Positions 1 to 9,922 of a stretch of DNA of 64,000 nt are shown piece after piece (position 1 is the stretch's first letter; the number at the start of each line of letters is the position of its first letter). The notes under the pieces are model-generated. The model searched no databases. It saw only the letters and a program-made list of their open reading frames with translations, and was not told the origin of the DNA. Where the stretch lies: IMG/VR virus record IMGVR_UViG_3300017987_000070, positions 21,797-85,796 of that record, one strand, 5' to 3'. A program made the position numbers and the translations under genes. This stretch comes from a virus.

Positions 1-1
1 G

Positions 2-2278
2 GTCAAGCCTCGCGCTACCTACGTGGACTACAGGCTCGTAGCCAAGTATGGGTGGAAGCCGGGATCGTACAACTCGGAGTTCTTTGGTGCAGGTCTGGGT
101 GTCAATGCCTCAAGGAACCTCTTCTTTCACCTCGTCGACGAACTGGACCGCCAGAACGCTCGTGTCCACACCAGTCAGATCACGATCCCCATCCGCCCCG
201 AGCTTCGGCTTGGCTACCCCGTGTATGTCGAGTCTCAGGACGCGTACTACTACGTGGAGGGTATCTCTCACAACTTCTCCTTTGCGGGCAACTGCACGAC
301 GTCCCTCACGCTCATGGCGCGCCGTACCAAGTTCTATGCTGCGTTCCCGTTTTGGAACCGGACCCTCAACACGGAAGGGCAGGAGCGTGATCAGTCTCAG
401 TTGAATAGCGTGCCAGGAGACAACCCGGAGGCTCAGGCTTCCCCTGGAGAGACCACGAACCCCAACCTGTACCCCACGAACCTGTACGCGCGCCCTATCG
501 ACCCTCTCTCGGGTAACCCCGTTGGGGATCGCAACGTCATCCTCACACCGGAACCTCCCACGAACTCCGATGATGAGCAGAGCACGACGGGACCTGCCAT
601 TGATAGCTTCGATGAAATTGAGTCAGAATCCGAGGCGGCGTTGCGAGACCTCGTGAGCTTCAGGACACAGTTCCGAATCTTCGGGAACTTCGACTACGTG
701 TACCAGATCGATCCCAACCGGGACAACGTGATTGACGCGGAGAACGCACCTTTGCAGAGCCTCTCTCTCACGAAGGTCAACGGGCGAAACCTCGCCCGCT
801 TCCCGGTCTCGGATGAGCGTGGCTACGAGGTCGTGGGAGGATACCTCTACGGCAGGAACGTCAAGCTCACTCGCTCGGGCTTCGACTTCTCTAGACAAGG
901 AGATCGTCGCAGCAAGGCTCTCCTTGGGCTAGCACCTGACCAACCCGGCAAGGCGTCTAGCCAGACGAGCATGGACCCTCTCTTCATGACACCTCAAGCC
1001 GCCAACGAGGAGTTCTCGACTCGAAAGGACAACGTGGTTCAGATCGATCCGAACAATTATGGCCGCCGTCTATTCGAGATCGCCCCTCAGACGTCGGGGA
1101 TTGGGTCTGTGGCGTTCGCCCGTGGTATCCTTCCCTCTCTGGCAAAGGGCGTTAACTCACCTTCGTCCCCGTCTGGAAAGTACGCAGGAGTGCCTCAGTT
1201 CACAGGAACCACCGAGAGGTCATTCAGGAAGTCCTCTGCTGTGTCGAGGTGGCTACCCGCAATCAACCGCGCGCGTCAAGCCGTTGGTGTATCCGCTGAA
1301 CAGTATCCTGATGATGTGATCCTCGCTTTCATCGCCGTCGAGTCCAATGGACGATCGAACGCGCGCCGTACTACAGAGAGCGGTCAGCCCTCTCAGTTCA
1401 ACGGACTCTTGCAGATTGGTGTGGACAACGCTGCTTTCCTGGGTAGAACCAACACGGAGTTCCTTGGTACTGAGAGCTTTGATGAGGCAGCGGGGCAGGA
1501 TGCCATCGAGCACTTTCTTCGCGTTCAAGAGCGGTCCAAAGATATCCATGATTATGACCCGGACCGCCTCGCGATTGCATGGAAGGGAGGGCAGGGGACT
1601 ACCAAGACGTTCAACCGGCTGCAATCTGAAGGCGCTACTGAGGAAGAACTCATCGCGTTTTTGGACAAGAGATGGGGCACCGATGGGTATGTAGAGGAGT
1701 TCCGTAGGGCTCGCTCCGTATGGCTTGACCCCGACTCTCAGGTCGTCGAGGTGCCTGAAGAGGAACTGGAAGAGTTGCCTGTCAACACGTTTGGTAACCC
1801 TCCAGAGGATGGTGATGTCGAGGCAACCCGAGCCTCGAACGTGCTCTTCGCTCGTGAGTTGCAGGCCAACCAAGAACAGGGTATCGACGCGTTGCCTTCT
1901 CTCTTCAGGCCAGTACGTGACCCCGAGATTCTGGACCAGATCAACACCTTCTTGCAGGATATATACCAGCAAGCCTTCGAGAGCGAGAAAGAGGTCGAGG
2001 CACGCCTCAGAGGACTCACACGTCGTCGCCCTCGCGTGAACACGCTCTCTCAAGTCCCTGTGCAGAATCCTCAGCCCGTGGATTCAAGGATCGTGGACAC
2101 GCCGATCAGTCGTAGCGAGGTCCAAGAGGGCCTGGAGGCTGGAGAATCTCTGGGTGAGATCTTCTCTCAAGAGGGTAGATGGGGGCAGGTGGAGAGCCAG
2201 TGGACACGGGCGAAGGCTGAGTTCAACCGCGCGGGTGAGGCGATCAACCCCGGTGATGATGATGGAGACGACACATGA
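2..2278 (+). CDS. Baseplate hub-like protein with lytic transglycosylase (SLT-like) domain; 5'-truncated by the window
   Basis: The frame is open from base 2. The N-part PIRPELRLGYPVYV...YYVEGISHNFS...TTSLTL resembles the C-terminal beta-barrel of hub/gpD proteins. ILAFIAVESNG (catalytic Glu), GLLQI and AIAWKGG (AYNAG-like) match the lysozyme-like transglycosylase pattern. It lies directly upstream of the spike gene. Confidence 0.7.
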   Translation, partial: VKPRATYVDYRLVAKYGWKPGSYNSEFFGAGLGVNASRNLFFHLVDELDRQNARVHTSQITIPIRPELRLGYPVYVESQDAYYYVEGISHNFSFAGNCTTSLTLMARRTKFYAAFPFWNRTLNTEGQERDQSQLNSVPGDNPEAQASPGETTNPNLYPTNLYARPIDPLSGNPVGDRNVILTPEPPTNSDDEQSTTGPAIDSFDEIESESEAALRDLVSFRTQFRIFGNFDYVYQIDPNRDNVIDAENAPLQSLSLTKVNGRNLARFPVSDERGYEVVGGYLYGRNVKLTRSGFDFSRQGDRRSKALLGLAPDQPGKASSQTSMDPLFMTPQAANEEFSTRKDNVVQIDPNNYGRRLFEIAPQTSGIGSVAFARGILPSLAKGVNSPSSPSGKYAGVPQFTGTTERSFRKSSAVSRWLPAINRARQAVGVSAEQYPDDVILAFIAVESNGRSNARRTTESGQPSQFNGLLQIGVDNAAFLGRTNTEFLGTESFDEAAGQDAIEHFLRVQERSKDIHDYDPDRLAIAWKGGQGTTKTFNRLQSEGATEEELIAFLDKRWGTDGYVEEFRRARSVWLDPDSQVVEVPEEELEELPVNTFGNPPEDGDVEATRASNVLFARELQANQEQGIDALPSLFRPVRDPEILDQINTFLQDIYQQAFESEKEVEARLRGLTRRRPRVNTLSQVPVQNPQPVDSRIVDTPISRSEVQEGLEAGESLGEIFSQEGRWGQVESQWTRAKAEFNRAGEAINPGDDDGDDT

Positions 2279-4425
2279 CCTACAGTAAGAAGTTCGGCCC
2301 CATCATTGGGACACCAAGCGAGAGCATCGCGAGCGCCAAGATGTACGGGCGCACGAACGAGATGAGGTACGCGCTTCGTTTGGCAGAGGTCATCCGTGTA
2401 GACTATGAGCGCATGACGTGCGACCTCGCTTACATCCAGGGCGATTCTCCCAACGCCGAGGAGGTGCCCATCTCCGCCGCGTACTGGAGCCGTAGAGGCT
2501 TTCTGGGAGCGATGCCGGAGGTTGGAGCAGTAGCCGTGCTCGGGTTCTCTGCGTCGCATCAGAACCGCCACACGCGCCCTTTCATCGTAGGGTTCATCCC
2601 CAACGGCGTCAAGACCGCGTTGAACTTCGACCCCCTGGGTCCAATCCCCCGTGACGCCGAAGGGCTCAACCTCCCTCAAGACAAGGTAGTCCAAGAGCTT
2701 GCAGGCTTCTATGGTCCCACGCGCTACAAGATGCGCAAGATCTATCCGGGCGACATCCTCGCTATGAGCCGTCAAGGTGCCGAGATGCTCTTGAACTCGT
2801 CTGTGAGCCTCTTCGATCGTTCGGGCATGGAACTCTTGCTCAGGAGCGACGATGGGGCTCTCGTGAGGACCTCTCTTGAAGAGATCGCAGCTACTTCGGC
2901 GGGGAGGAGCATGTTCGGGCGCGTCGTGCGAAACGCCTTGAACGTTCCAACGGACTTTCTGGTCGAAGGATCGTTCCCCGAGGACAACCCGTTGTTTGAA
3001 GACCTCGTGCAAGCGGGTCTCATCTTCGAAGACGGGACACTCGTACCCGACATCAACGGGCTCCCCAGCGTCGTGCTACCCGACGGAAGGCGTCATTCTG
3101 TAGTTACCCGCGACGGGGTGGACTTCAATCAAGCTCGCGCCGAGGCATTCACAGAGCGTCGCCTTGAACTCTATGAGACCTCGGACGGGCTCATGCCTTC
3201 CAACCCTGCACATGGGTTTGACCCGGACTACATAGGACCAGATCCTCTCCCCGCTCCCTTCATTACGTCGGTTGACGGTACGATCGTAGGGAACGACCCC
3301 TACTCGGCAGAAGGGAGATCCTTGTACGGGAGGCTGTTACGTCCAGCTCTGTTCTCCACGCCCAATGACTCAGTAGGCGTGCCACGTCTCGAAGCCGTAG
3401 AGAACACTGAAGAGGGCACCGAACAATCTCTGGCCGCTGCCAAGCTCTACCGTATGCGCCGCCCTGACGACCTCGGGGAACTCTTCTACGCGCACGACAA
3501 AGAGGGTCACGTCTTCTTCTCGGTCCCTGCGTCCACGTCGAAGGGCTCGAACCTTGGAGCCGGTCGATCCGTAGAAGGCGAACTCAAGGGCAGCGCCAAG
3601 TTGGTCATGGGAGCCAACCGCCGCGACAACGAGTCACTTGACCTCCGAACTCAGGGTGGTCTCAAGTGGAACCTGGGGACGCTCAACCGAACCAAGAGAT
3701 CCCTGGATGTGAGAGCCGAAGGAGGCTTGAGCTTCGAGGTTCGTAGGAGTGATGCCAACGGGGACGGGGCACGGTTCATCATCTCGGGGAACTACCAACT
3801 GGCGGTGGATGGAGGCATTGGCATCATCGCTTCCAATGGAGATCACCTCGAAGAAACCTCGGGCAAGCGTGAGATCAAAGCCGAGAGCATGGCGGTTCAA
3901 GTCGGCTCGGGAGACCTGAACCAGAACGTGCTCTCCAACGTGAATGTCTCTGTTCAAGGTGAGCAAACGTCAAGCTTCGGTCAGGGGACGAGCACCACGA
4001 TCGTCTCAGGTGGAGAGAGCACCGACATCTTGCTCGGGAATTCGGACCTCACGTTCTCGGCACCGGCTCAGAGGAACATCACGTTCCAGTCGGCGGGTAC
4101 GCATCGTATCTCCGCGACCGGGGCCTTGACCGTAGAGAGGAGTGCGATGGGCACGGGTACCTATTCGTTCAATGCTCCTATGGGCTCGTACACGGTGGGT
4201 TTGGGTTCGGGAAGTATTTCACTCAACGCGGGTGCAGGTAACGTGAACATCACGCCTGGAGCGGTTCGTCTTGCTGCACCTGCCATCTCCCTCACGGGAT
4301 CGGTGGCTTTGGGCAATGCACAAGCCGTAAACGCGGTCGTAGGAGGCGTTCCGGGTCCAAGTCCTCATATTGATTTTGTAACTGGTCTACCATTGACGGG
4401 TAACCCCATCGTTCGGACTCTTTGA
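2275..4425 (+). CDS. Baseplate central spike (gp5/gpV-like: OB-fold plus beta-helix)
   Basis: N-terminal AEVIRVDYERMTCDL...GFLGAMPEVGAVAVLGF fits the gpV/gp5 OB-fold pattern. The C-terminus has Gly/Ser/Thr-rich beta-repeats ending in PHIDFVTGLP. ATGA overlap with the upstream gene. Confidence 0.7.
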   Translation: MTYSKKFGPIIGTPSESIASAKMYGRTNEMRYALRLAEVIRVDYERMTCDLAYIQGDSPNAEEVPISAAYWSRRGFLGAMPEVGAVAVLGFSASHQNRHTRPFIVGFIPNGVKTALNFDPLGPIPRDAEGLNLPQDKVVQELAGFYGPTRYKMRKIYPGDILAMSRQGAEMLLNSSVSLFDRSGMELLLRSDDGALVRTSLEEIAATSAGRSMFGRVVRNALNVPTDFLVEGSFPEDNPLFEDLVQAGLIFEDGTLVPDINGLPSVVLPDGRRHSVVTRDGVDFNQARAEAFTERRLELYETSDGLMPSNPAHGFDPDYIGPDPLPAPFITSVDGTIVGNDPYSAEGRSLYGRLLRPALFSTPNDSVGVPRLEAVENTEEGTEQSLAAAKLYRMRRPDDLGELFYAHDKEGHVFFSVPASTSKGSNLGAGRSVEGELKGSAKLVMGANRRDNESLDLRTQGGLKWNLGTLNRTKRSLDVRAEGGLSFEVRRSDANGDGARFIISGNYQLAVDGGIGIIASNGDHLEETSGKREIKAESMAVQVGSGDLNQNVLSNVNVSVQGEQTSSFGQGTSTTIVSGGESTDILLGNSDLTFSAPAQRNITFQSAGTHRISATGALTVERSAMGTGTYSFNAPMGSYTVGLGSGSISLNAGAGNVNITPGAVRLAAPAISLTGSVALGNAQAVNAVVGGVPGPSPHIDFVTGLPLTGNPIVRTL

Positions 4426-4449
4426 TCTGACCCTCTACAGGTGCTTCAC

Positions 4450-7400
4450 ATGCCTTCCTCCCTTTCTACTCGAGTAGCGCTCCAAGAGTTCTTCCGCTCG
4501 TATCCGTGCTCGGAGTCGTTCCGTAAGTTCGCGCTCAAGCATCCCGACAAGATCGCCCGCCTGTACTGCGTGGAGCATCCTGAACTCATGGGGAGGGACT
4601 GGACGAGGAAGGTCAAGGCCGCTGACCCCCAGTACACGTACTCTTCTACGGTCCGCCGCGCCTTGCGTAAGGCTTACCGCAAGAACATGGGCCTCTTCGA
4701 CCTCTACGAAGACCTCAAGAACAAGCTTTCAGACCCTACTACCCCTTACATCCCCGAAGATGAGGAGGGGAAGCTTCCCTCGGAGATCTTCGAGTCTGAG
4801 ATGCGTCGCCTTGTCGTCCGTAAGGAGAAGGCAGAGAAGAAAGCCCTGCGCGTTCACTACCAGCGCTTGAAGGTTTTCTTGGAGCGTATGGAGAAAGAGT
4901 CGTACCCTTCCAAGGTCCTCGTCAAGAAGGTGAACACGGTCTACATCGATCTCATCTCTGTACTGTGCAGGCAAGCCGATGTGTATGTCAAGGCACAAAC
5001 CAAGGGTAACCCTGGGTGGGCATCGTTCCGTAAGATGAGCGAACAGGAAGAAGAGACTGCACGCCTCAAGCATGAGAACCCTGACCTCTACGAGAAGATC
5101 ATGGAGGAAAGGAAGCTTCGTAAAGAGATTGAAGAGGCGATTGAGAAGCAGATCGTCCGTGACGGGCTCGTCCCAACCCGCACGATGCTCTACGGTTCCG
5201 TTGTTCAGGTTGGTAAGGACGTGCGCACGAGCATGACAGGGGTAGCCGCTTCGGATGTAGGCGCGCCCGAGGTTCTCATTGCTCTCGACGAGGATCGTGA
5301 GGTTTTTGAAGACGCCCTCTCTCGTGGCTTGCGGGTTGACCTCAAGATCGGTTCCAAGACTCACCGTGTAGCAGAGGTGCTCCCTGAAGGCAAGTTCCTT
5401 CTCGACCCTCCCTTAGCCGAAGAGTCTTCGGCGTTCGAGTACACGGCTTCGATCTATGAAGAGCTGGTGTACGATAAAGATGGGGATGTGATCGGAGTGG
5501 ACGATTTCATCAAGGAGCGCAAGCGTCACCTCTCCGCGATGCGCAAGCTTCAGCGCGTCTTCCCTGAAGACCTCGAAGACCTCAGAAAGTACCCCGAGGC
5601 AGACCTCGACGCTCTCTTGGAAGGTCGTGAGGTCACTTACGCAGCTCTTACCGACGACATCGCGAAGCAAAAGCCCGTGACCCGTATTCTCCCCTGCGTG
5701 GAGATCTTCGGTGAGCGTGTGATCTCCGAGGGTCGCTTCAAGGGCTTCGTCTTGGATGACATGATCAACGCCAACGGTCGTCAAATCGAAGGCACAGCGT
5801 ATGACTATGACCCCAAGCTCAGGCGTCCCGTGTCCCTGGAAACTCATATGGAAGACGGGTCCCTCAAGGTAGAGCTTCCGGCCAACCGTGAACCTTATAT
5901 GACCGTGGACCCGGACGGAAGACTGTACCTCAAGATCCCCTCGACCCGTGAGTTTACGCACTTGCGTAAAGCGGTCCGTGGTATCTCCAAGGAGACCGTC
6001 GATGTCGAGTATGTCGAAGGAACCCGTAACTCGGTGTTCAAGTTCGATCCCAGTCAGTTCATGATGGTGCGGGATGCTCTGGCGTCTATGGCCATGAGCA
6101 AGAGCGCGATGGAACTCGTACAGGAGCACTTCGAGAAGCAAAGGGAAGAGTCTCAAGAGGCCGCCTACGCGAACATCCACGAGTTCGACGCCGACCTCAT
6201 GGGAGGGTTCAAGGAAGGCTTCGACTTCTTCAACAAACAGAAGCACGCGATGGCTTGGCTTGAGCAGAGAGGTAACACAGGGCTCCTTGCTCTTGATACC
6301 GGATGTGGGAAGAGCCTCACGAGCGTGGGATACCTCAAGAACATCGTCAACCAAGCCGACGAGGAGCTTGAGCCCAACTCGATTCTCTTTGTCTGCCCCG
6401 CCAACCTCCGAGGCAACCTTGAGCATGAGGTACGTCAGCGTCTCAAGGACCCTGAGCCCTTCCTCATGTTGATTGAAACGATGTCTTACGCTCAGTTCAG
6501 CCGCGAAGACGAAGATGTCATGGACCGTTACTATGCCGTCGTCTTCGATGAGGCTCATAACCTCGCCTCTTTGAACTCGAAGCGTGCCCGTAACGCCATG
6601 CGTGCTCACCCTCGGAAGATGCTCATGACAGCTTCTCCTATGGAGAACGATGTCATGGATGTACGCATCCTCGCGGGTATCGCGAACAATGAGGACTTGC
6701 TCTCCAAGGAAGGCAAGCAGAGGGTCCGCGAGTTCCGCGACCGCTTCACCGAGCGCATCGGAGGACGCACGGTAGGGATCAAGCAGGACGCCTCCTTGAA
6801 GGAGGCCATGCAAGATTGGGTCCAGGGTAACGTGTTCTTCGCTCACAAGCTCGACATAGAAGAGTATGACCTCAAGAAGCTCGAAACAGAGACTCGTACT
6901 GTGATGATGGACGCCGACACAGAAGAGGAGTACCGTCGCGCTGCGGATGAGGTCAAGACGGTTCTGGAGGGGATGGTACGTCGCTACCGTGACCGTGACC
7001 AAACCGCCTCGGACTCGGAGATTGACGCTGCGATCATCAAGCTCGCAGGTCACTTCAAGACTCTGGGTCAGATCGTCAACCTCCCCAGGGGAGGACAGCC
7101 CTCTCCCAAAGTCATCGAAGCCTCCAACATCATCCGGGAGCGCGTCGAGAGCCGTGGACGCACCATGCTCTGGACGGACGACCCCGAGGTGGCAGAGGCT
7201 ACCGCACGTGACCTCTCACGTGAGCTTCCAGGCACCGACCATGTGGCCGGTCTCTCAGGTGAGATTCAGGTCTGGCGTAACGGGGAGAAGGTCAAGAGCT
7301 ACACCCCTCGAAACTACACGTTCGGGGAACAGTCTTACGACCGCACCAACTGGCGTATGGGAGTCGTGAACCACGTCCTCAAGCCCTCTCTCTCCATTGT

Positions 7401-7806
7401 CTCTGCGACCCTGACCTCCGCGTACACCACGGGCATGAACCTACAGGAGTTCGATACGATCGTTCACCTCGACAGGGACTCATGGTCGTCTGAGGATATG
7501 AAGCAGAGAACCGCGCGCGCCTACCGTCAAGGTCAGGACAAGCAATGCAGGGAGATCACCCTTGACACGGTGTTTGAGAGCCGTCAGGACGACCTAGACC
7601 TCACTCTCGATGAGATTCGCGGCATCATGCAGAACATGGAAGCGGACCTCTTTGACAAGGTGATCGTCGAGAGCCAGAGCAAGGCTACGGGTAAGGAGTT
7701 CTTTGCGATGGATCAGATAGCGGCTCGTAGCATCCATCTGGACCGTAAGATCTTCGAGCATGTCCTCTCGCCGTACATCAAAAACGCTCCTGAAAGCACA
7801 ACCTGA
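4450..7806 (+). CDS. SNF2-family (SF2) helicase/ATPase with long N-terminal extension
   Basis: Motif I LALDTGCGKS, Ia VCPANL, II VFDEAH, III MTASP, V TTGMNLQ, VI QRTARAYRQGQ. ATG at 4450 is chosen over GTG at 4441. Confidence 0.9.
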   Translation: MPSSLSTRVALQEFFRSYPCSESFRKFALKHPDKIARLYCVEHPELMGRDWTRKVKAADPQYTYSSTVRRALRKAYRKNMGLFDLYEDLKNKLSDPTTPYIPEDEEGKLPSEIFESEMRRLVVRKEKAEKKALRVHYQRLKVFLERMEKESYPSKVLVKKVNTVYIDLISVLCRQADVYVKAQTKGNPGWASFRKMSEQEEETARLKHENPDLYEKIMEERKLRKEIEEAIEKQIVRDGLVPTRTMLYGSVVQVGKDVRTSMTGVAASDVGAPEVLIALDEDREVFEDALSRGLRVDLKIGSKTHRVAEVLPEGKFLLDPPLAEESSAFEYTASIYEELVYDKDGDVIGVDDFIKERKRHLSAMRKLQRVFPEDLEDLRKYPEADLDALLEGREVTYAALTDDIAKQKPVTRILPCVEIFGERVISEGRFKGFVLDDMINANGRQIEGTAYDYDPKLRRPVSLETHMEDGSLKVELPANREPYMTVDPDGRLYLKIPSTREFTHLRKAVRGISKETVDVEYVEGTRNSVFKFDPSQFMMVRDALASMAMSKSAMELVQEHFEKQREESQEAAYANIHEFDADLMGGFKEGFDFFNKQKHAMAWLEQRGNTGLLALDTGCGKSLTSVGYLKNIVNQADEELEPNSILFVCPANLRGNLEHEVRQRLKDPEPFLMLIETMSYAQFSREDEDVMDRYYAVVFDEAHNLASLNSKRARNAMRAHPRKMLMTASPMENDVMDVRILAGIANNEDLLSKEGKQRVREFRDRFTERIGGRTVGIKQDASLKEAMQDWVQGNVFFAHKLDIEEYDLKKLETETRTVMMDADTEEEYRRAADEVKTVLEGMVRRYRDRDQTASDSEIDAAIIKLAGHFKTLGQIVNLPRGGQPSPKVIEASNIIRERVESRGRTMLWTDDPEVAEATARDLSRELPGTDHVAGLSGEIQVWRNGEKVKSYTPRNYTFGEQSYDRTNWRMGVVNHVLKPSLSIVSATLTSAYTTGMNLQEFDTIVHLDRDSWSSEDMKQRTARAYRQGQDKQCREITLDTVFESRQDDLDLTLDEIRGIMQNMEADLFDKVIVESQSKATGKEFFAMDQIAARSIHLDRKIFEHVLSPYIKNAPESTT

Positions 7807-7820
7807 GTAGGAGACCTCCA

Positions 7821-8084
7821 ATGAAACCTGATACCCTTGAACAGTGGACCACCTACCTCTCGGGACTCACAGATGAGCGCCTCGGTGTCGAATCTATCAC
7901 GGCGAACTCATTGCAATTCGTCCAGATTCTCAAAGAAGAGGGCAAGGAGCCCGGTGAGATCGGTGCGATCCTGAAAGCCTTCGCGGTAGAGCTTGACAAG
8001 AGGGGGATGCCTTTGAGTGATCGTGGCCCTCGTCAGATGGTGTCCTACTACCGACTGATCAACGATTACCCTGATGGAAAGTGA
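7821..8084 (+). CDS. Hypothetical protein
   Basis: AGGAG RBS, operon spacing, typical codon usage. Confidence 0.7.
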   Translation: MKPDTLEQWTTYLSGLTDERLGVESITANSLQFVQILKEEGKEPGEIGAILKAFAVELDKRGMPLSDRGPRQMVSYYRLINDYPDGK

Positions 8085-8544
8085 TACCATGCTCACACTT
8101 GCTTCACAGCTACTACACGTCGCGAAAGACTTCCCCGAGTTCTCCGAAGACTTGGACCCTCTCATCGCGAACGTAATCTATACCCAAAGCAAGAGGGAGG
8201 CCCAAGTCAAGACGGCGGGCACCAAGCTCAAGGACATCATGGGAGGCAAGTCTATCCTGGGACTGAAGAAGAGCGTGGCCCACCGTATCGAGCGTCAGCT
8301 CAGGATGTATGGGCTCGACGCAGACTCGGCAGCGATCCTTCTGGGGTCAAGAGAGATCAAGATCGTCATTACGGCGAGCATCACGGACCCTGATGAAGAT
8401 CCTTATACCGACTTTGCGGCGAACTACATCGCTCAGGAGATTGTTATGGATCTCCAGCGGTCCCTTGCGTACAAGGTCACCGGGAAAGGTCGGTACTCCA
8501 CGTTCACCGACTCGGTAGTAATCACCCTCTTTCAGAAAGTCTAA
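8074..8544 (+). CDS. Hypothetical protein with shared N-terminal leader motif
   Basis: LASQLLHVAKDFPEFSEDLDPLIA resembles the N-termini of the ORFs at 34927-35982 and 48481-49038. Confidence 0.7.
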   Translation: MESDTMLTLASQLLHVAKDFPEFSEDLDPLIANVIYTQSKREAQVKTAGTKLKDIMGGKSILGLKKSVAHRIERQLRMYGLDADSAAILLGSREIKIVITASITDPDEDPYTDFAANYIAQEIVMDLQRSLAYKVTGKGRYSTFTDSVVITLFQKV

Positions 8545-8545
8545 G

Positions 8546-9133
8546 ATGCCCATCTCCCCGGTCACATTGACGCCCAACCTCGTAGGGCCGTTCAAGGCTT
8601 TCGGTCTTAACGGCCCTTCTTCTTTGCAGCTCGCACAAGGGCTCGCTCAGGCGTTCACACAGTTCTTGGTGACCATACCCGTCACCACGGCTCACGTAGG
8701 TATCGTAGGAGCCGGTACGGGCACAGGGAAGGTCACGATTGACCCCGTTAGTGGGGTAGGTCTCGTGACCTCTTCCCTCGCCTCTGCGGGCATTGTAGGC
8801 CCTTCTGCGGCAGGATTGGCGTCAGGGGTCGTGCAAGCTTTGGCGGTGGAGGTCAACACGAATGCGTTGGTGCAAGTAGTGATCGCCGGAAGTTCTACAG
8901 GAGCCGGGACAGGAACACTCGCCGCAGCAAGTGCGACGGCGTTCGTGCCCCTCCTAGTAGCGAACTTCACGTCCGTGGCTTTGTCGGGAGTCAGTGCCGC
9001 TCAGTTGGCTCAGGGGTTAGGAATCGGAATCGCCACTTGGCTCAAGACCGCTCTCATCACCACCGTCGACGTCGGGACCCCCGTCTTCCCCTTCGCCACT
9101 ACCCCAGGGGTAGGAACGGGCAAGGTCCTCTAG
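8546..9133 (+). CDS. Gly/Ala-rich protein with three internal repeats, probably structural
   Basis: Repeats GLNGPSSLQLAQGL / GIVGPSAAGLASGV / ALSGVSAAQLAQGL and GTGTG-like turns. Located in the baseplate operon. Confidence 0.65.
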   Translation: MPISPVTLTPNLVGPFKAFGLNGPSSLQLAQGLAQAFTQFLVTIPVTTAHVGIVGAGTGTGKVTIDPVSGVGLVTSSLASAGIVGPSAAGLASGVVQALAVEVNTNALVQVVIAGSSTGAGTGTLAAASATAFVPLLVANFTSVALSGVSAAQLAQGLGIGIATWLKTALITTVDVGTPVFPFATTPGVGTGKVL

Positions 9134-9406
9134 CCGACGCGTGACTTCTGCCGTAAGTACGCACTCAGGGAGCCCAACCGTAAGGCTCATGATAGCGTAG
9201 ACTGCCCCCGAGAAGCCTCCCCCTTCACGGCTCTGGTCGTAGTAGTCATCGTTGTTGAGGTAGTCCAGGCCGTCAGACATCATCTCGTCTACGGAAGCAT
9301 ACTCCCCCTCTTGCAGCTTGGAGGCCACCTCGTCGAGAATGTAGTCGGCCTCTGCCTCGAAGCAATGATCGATCTGGTCTTGTGTGCTCTTGCTCAGGTA
9401 CTTCAT
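9017..9406 (-). CDS. Hypothetical acidic protein
   Basis: Starts 1 nt after the stop of 9408-9866 with an upstream GGAG. Its 3' end overlaps the convergent + strand gene by 117 nt. Confidence 0.6.
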   Translation of the reverse strand: MKYLSKSTQDQIDHCFEAEADYILDEVASKLQEGEYASVDEMMSDGLDYLNNDDYYDQSREGGGFSGAVYAIMSLTVGLPECVLTAEVTRRLEDLARSYPWGSGEGEDGGPDVDGGDESGLEPSGDSDS

Positions 9407-9407
9407 T

Positions 9408-9866
9408 TCAGCCCTCTCCTGTCAGACGCTTGCCCACCACATCGGGCAGGTAAGGCGTCGGATCGATCTTCCTGTAGACCCTGCGATATTTGAACGTGTC
9501 GCCCACTTGGGCCGCACGGAAGAGGTCACGGAACTTCTCGTACACCATCCCCACGTCTACCCTCTGCTCGGGCTCACCCATGTTCCGCAGGATAGCCCAG
9601 TGCAGGACATCCATGCTTCCCAGAAGGTCATCCAGCTCCGACTGAGAAGGGATATCGAAGAAGCCCCCGAAGTTGGGCCGCTTCAGGGTTTGGAGTTCGC
9701 AGATGAGCCTGACAGACTCGCCCTCTTGACGGCTCCGGGGATTGACGACTTCGACCGCCCCGACGATCTCGTATGTGTTGTAGAGCAAGGGACCCGGACG
9801 GACTCCCGCGCGGCGGTTCGGGGGCATCTTGTAGCGGTGGTCAGCGGCCCATTCAAACTTATTCAT
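9408..9866 (-). CDS. Hypothetical protein
   Basis: Strong AAGGAAGGAG RBS and typical codon usage. Confidence 0.7.
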   Translation of the reverse strand: MNKFEWAADHRYKMPPNRRAGVRPGPLLYNTYEIVGAVEVVNPRSRQEGESVRLICELQTLKRPNFGGFFDIPSQSELDDLLGSMDVLHWAILRNMGEPEQRVDVGMVYEKFRDLFRAAQVGDTFKYRRVYRKIDPTPYLPDVVGKRLTGEG

Positions 9867-9922
9867 GATCTCTTCTCCTTCCTTTTGTGTTACGTTACTC
9901 TAACTTAGGTTCGCACTCGTTG

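Noticed and set aside
5413-7053. Long antisense ORFs (e.g. 546 aa here; also 1253-2053, 28313-29098, 32806-33528, 11703-12608)
   Set aside because: These are shadows of GC3-biased genes on the opposite strand, with no motifs or RBS.
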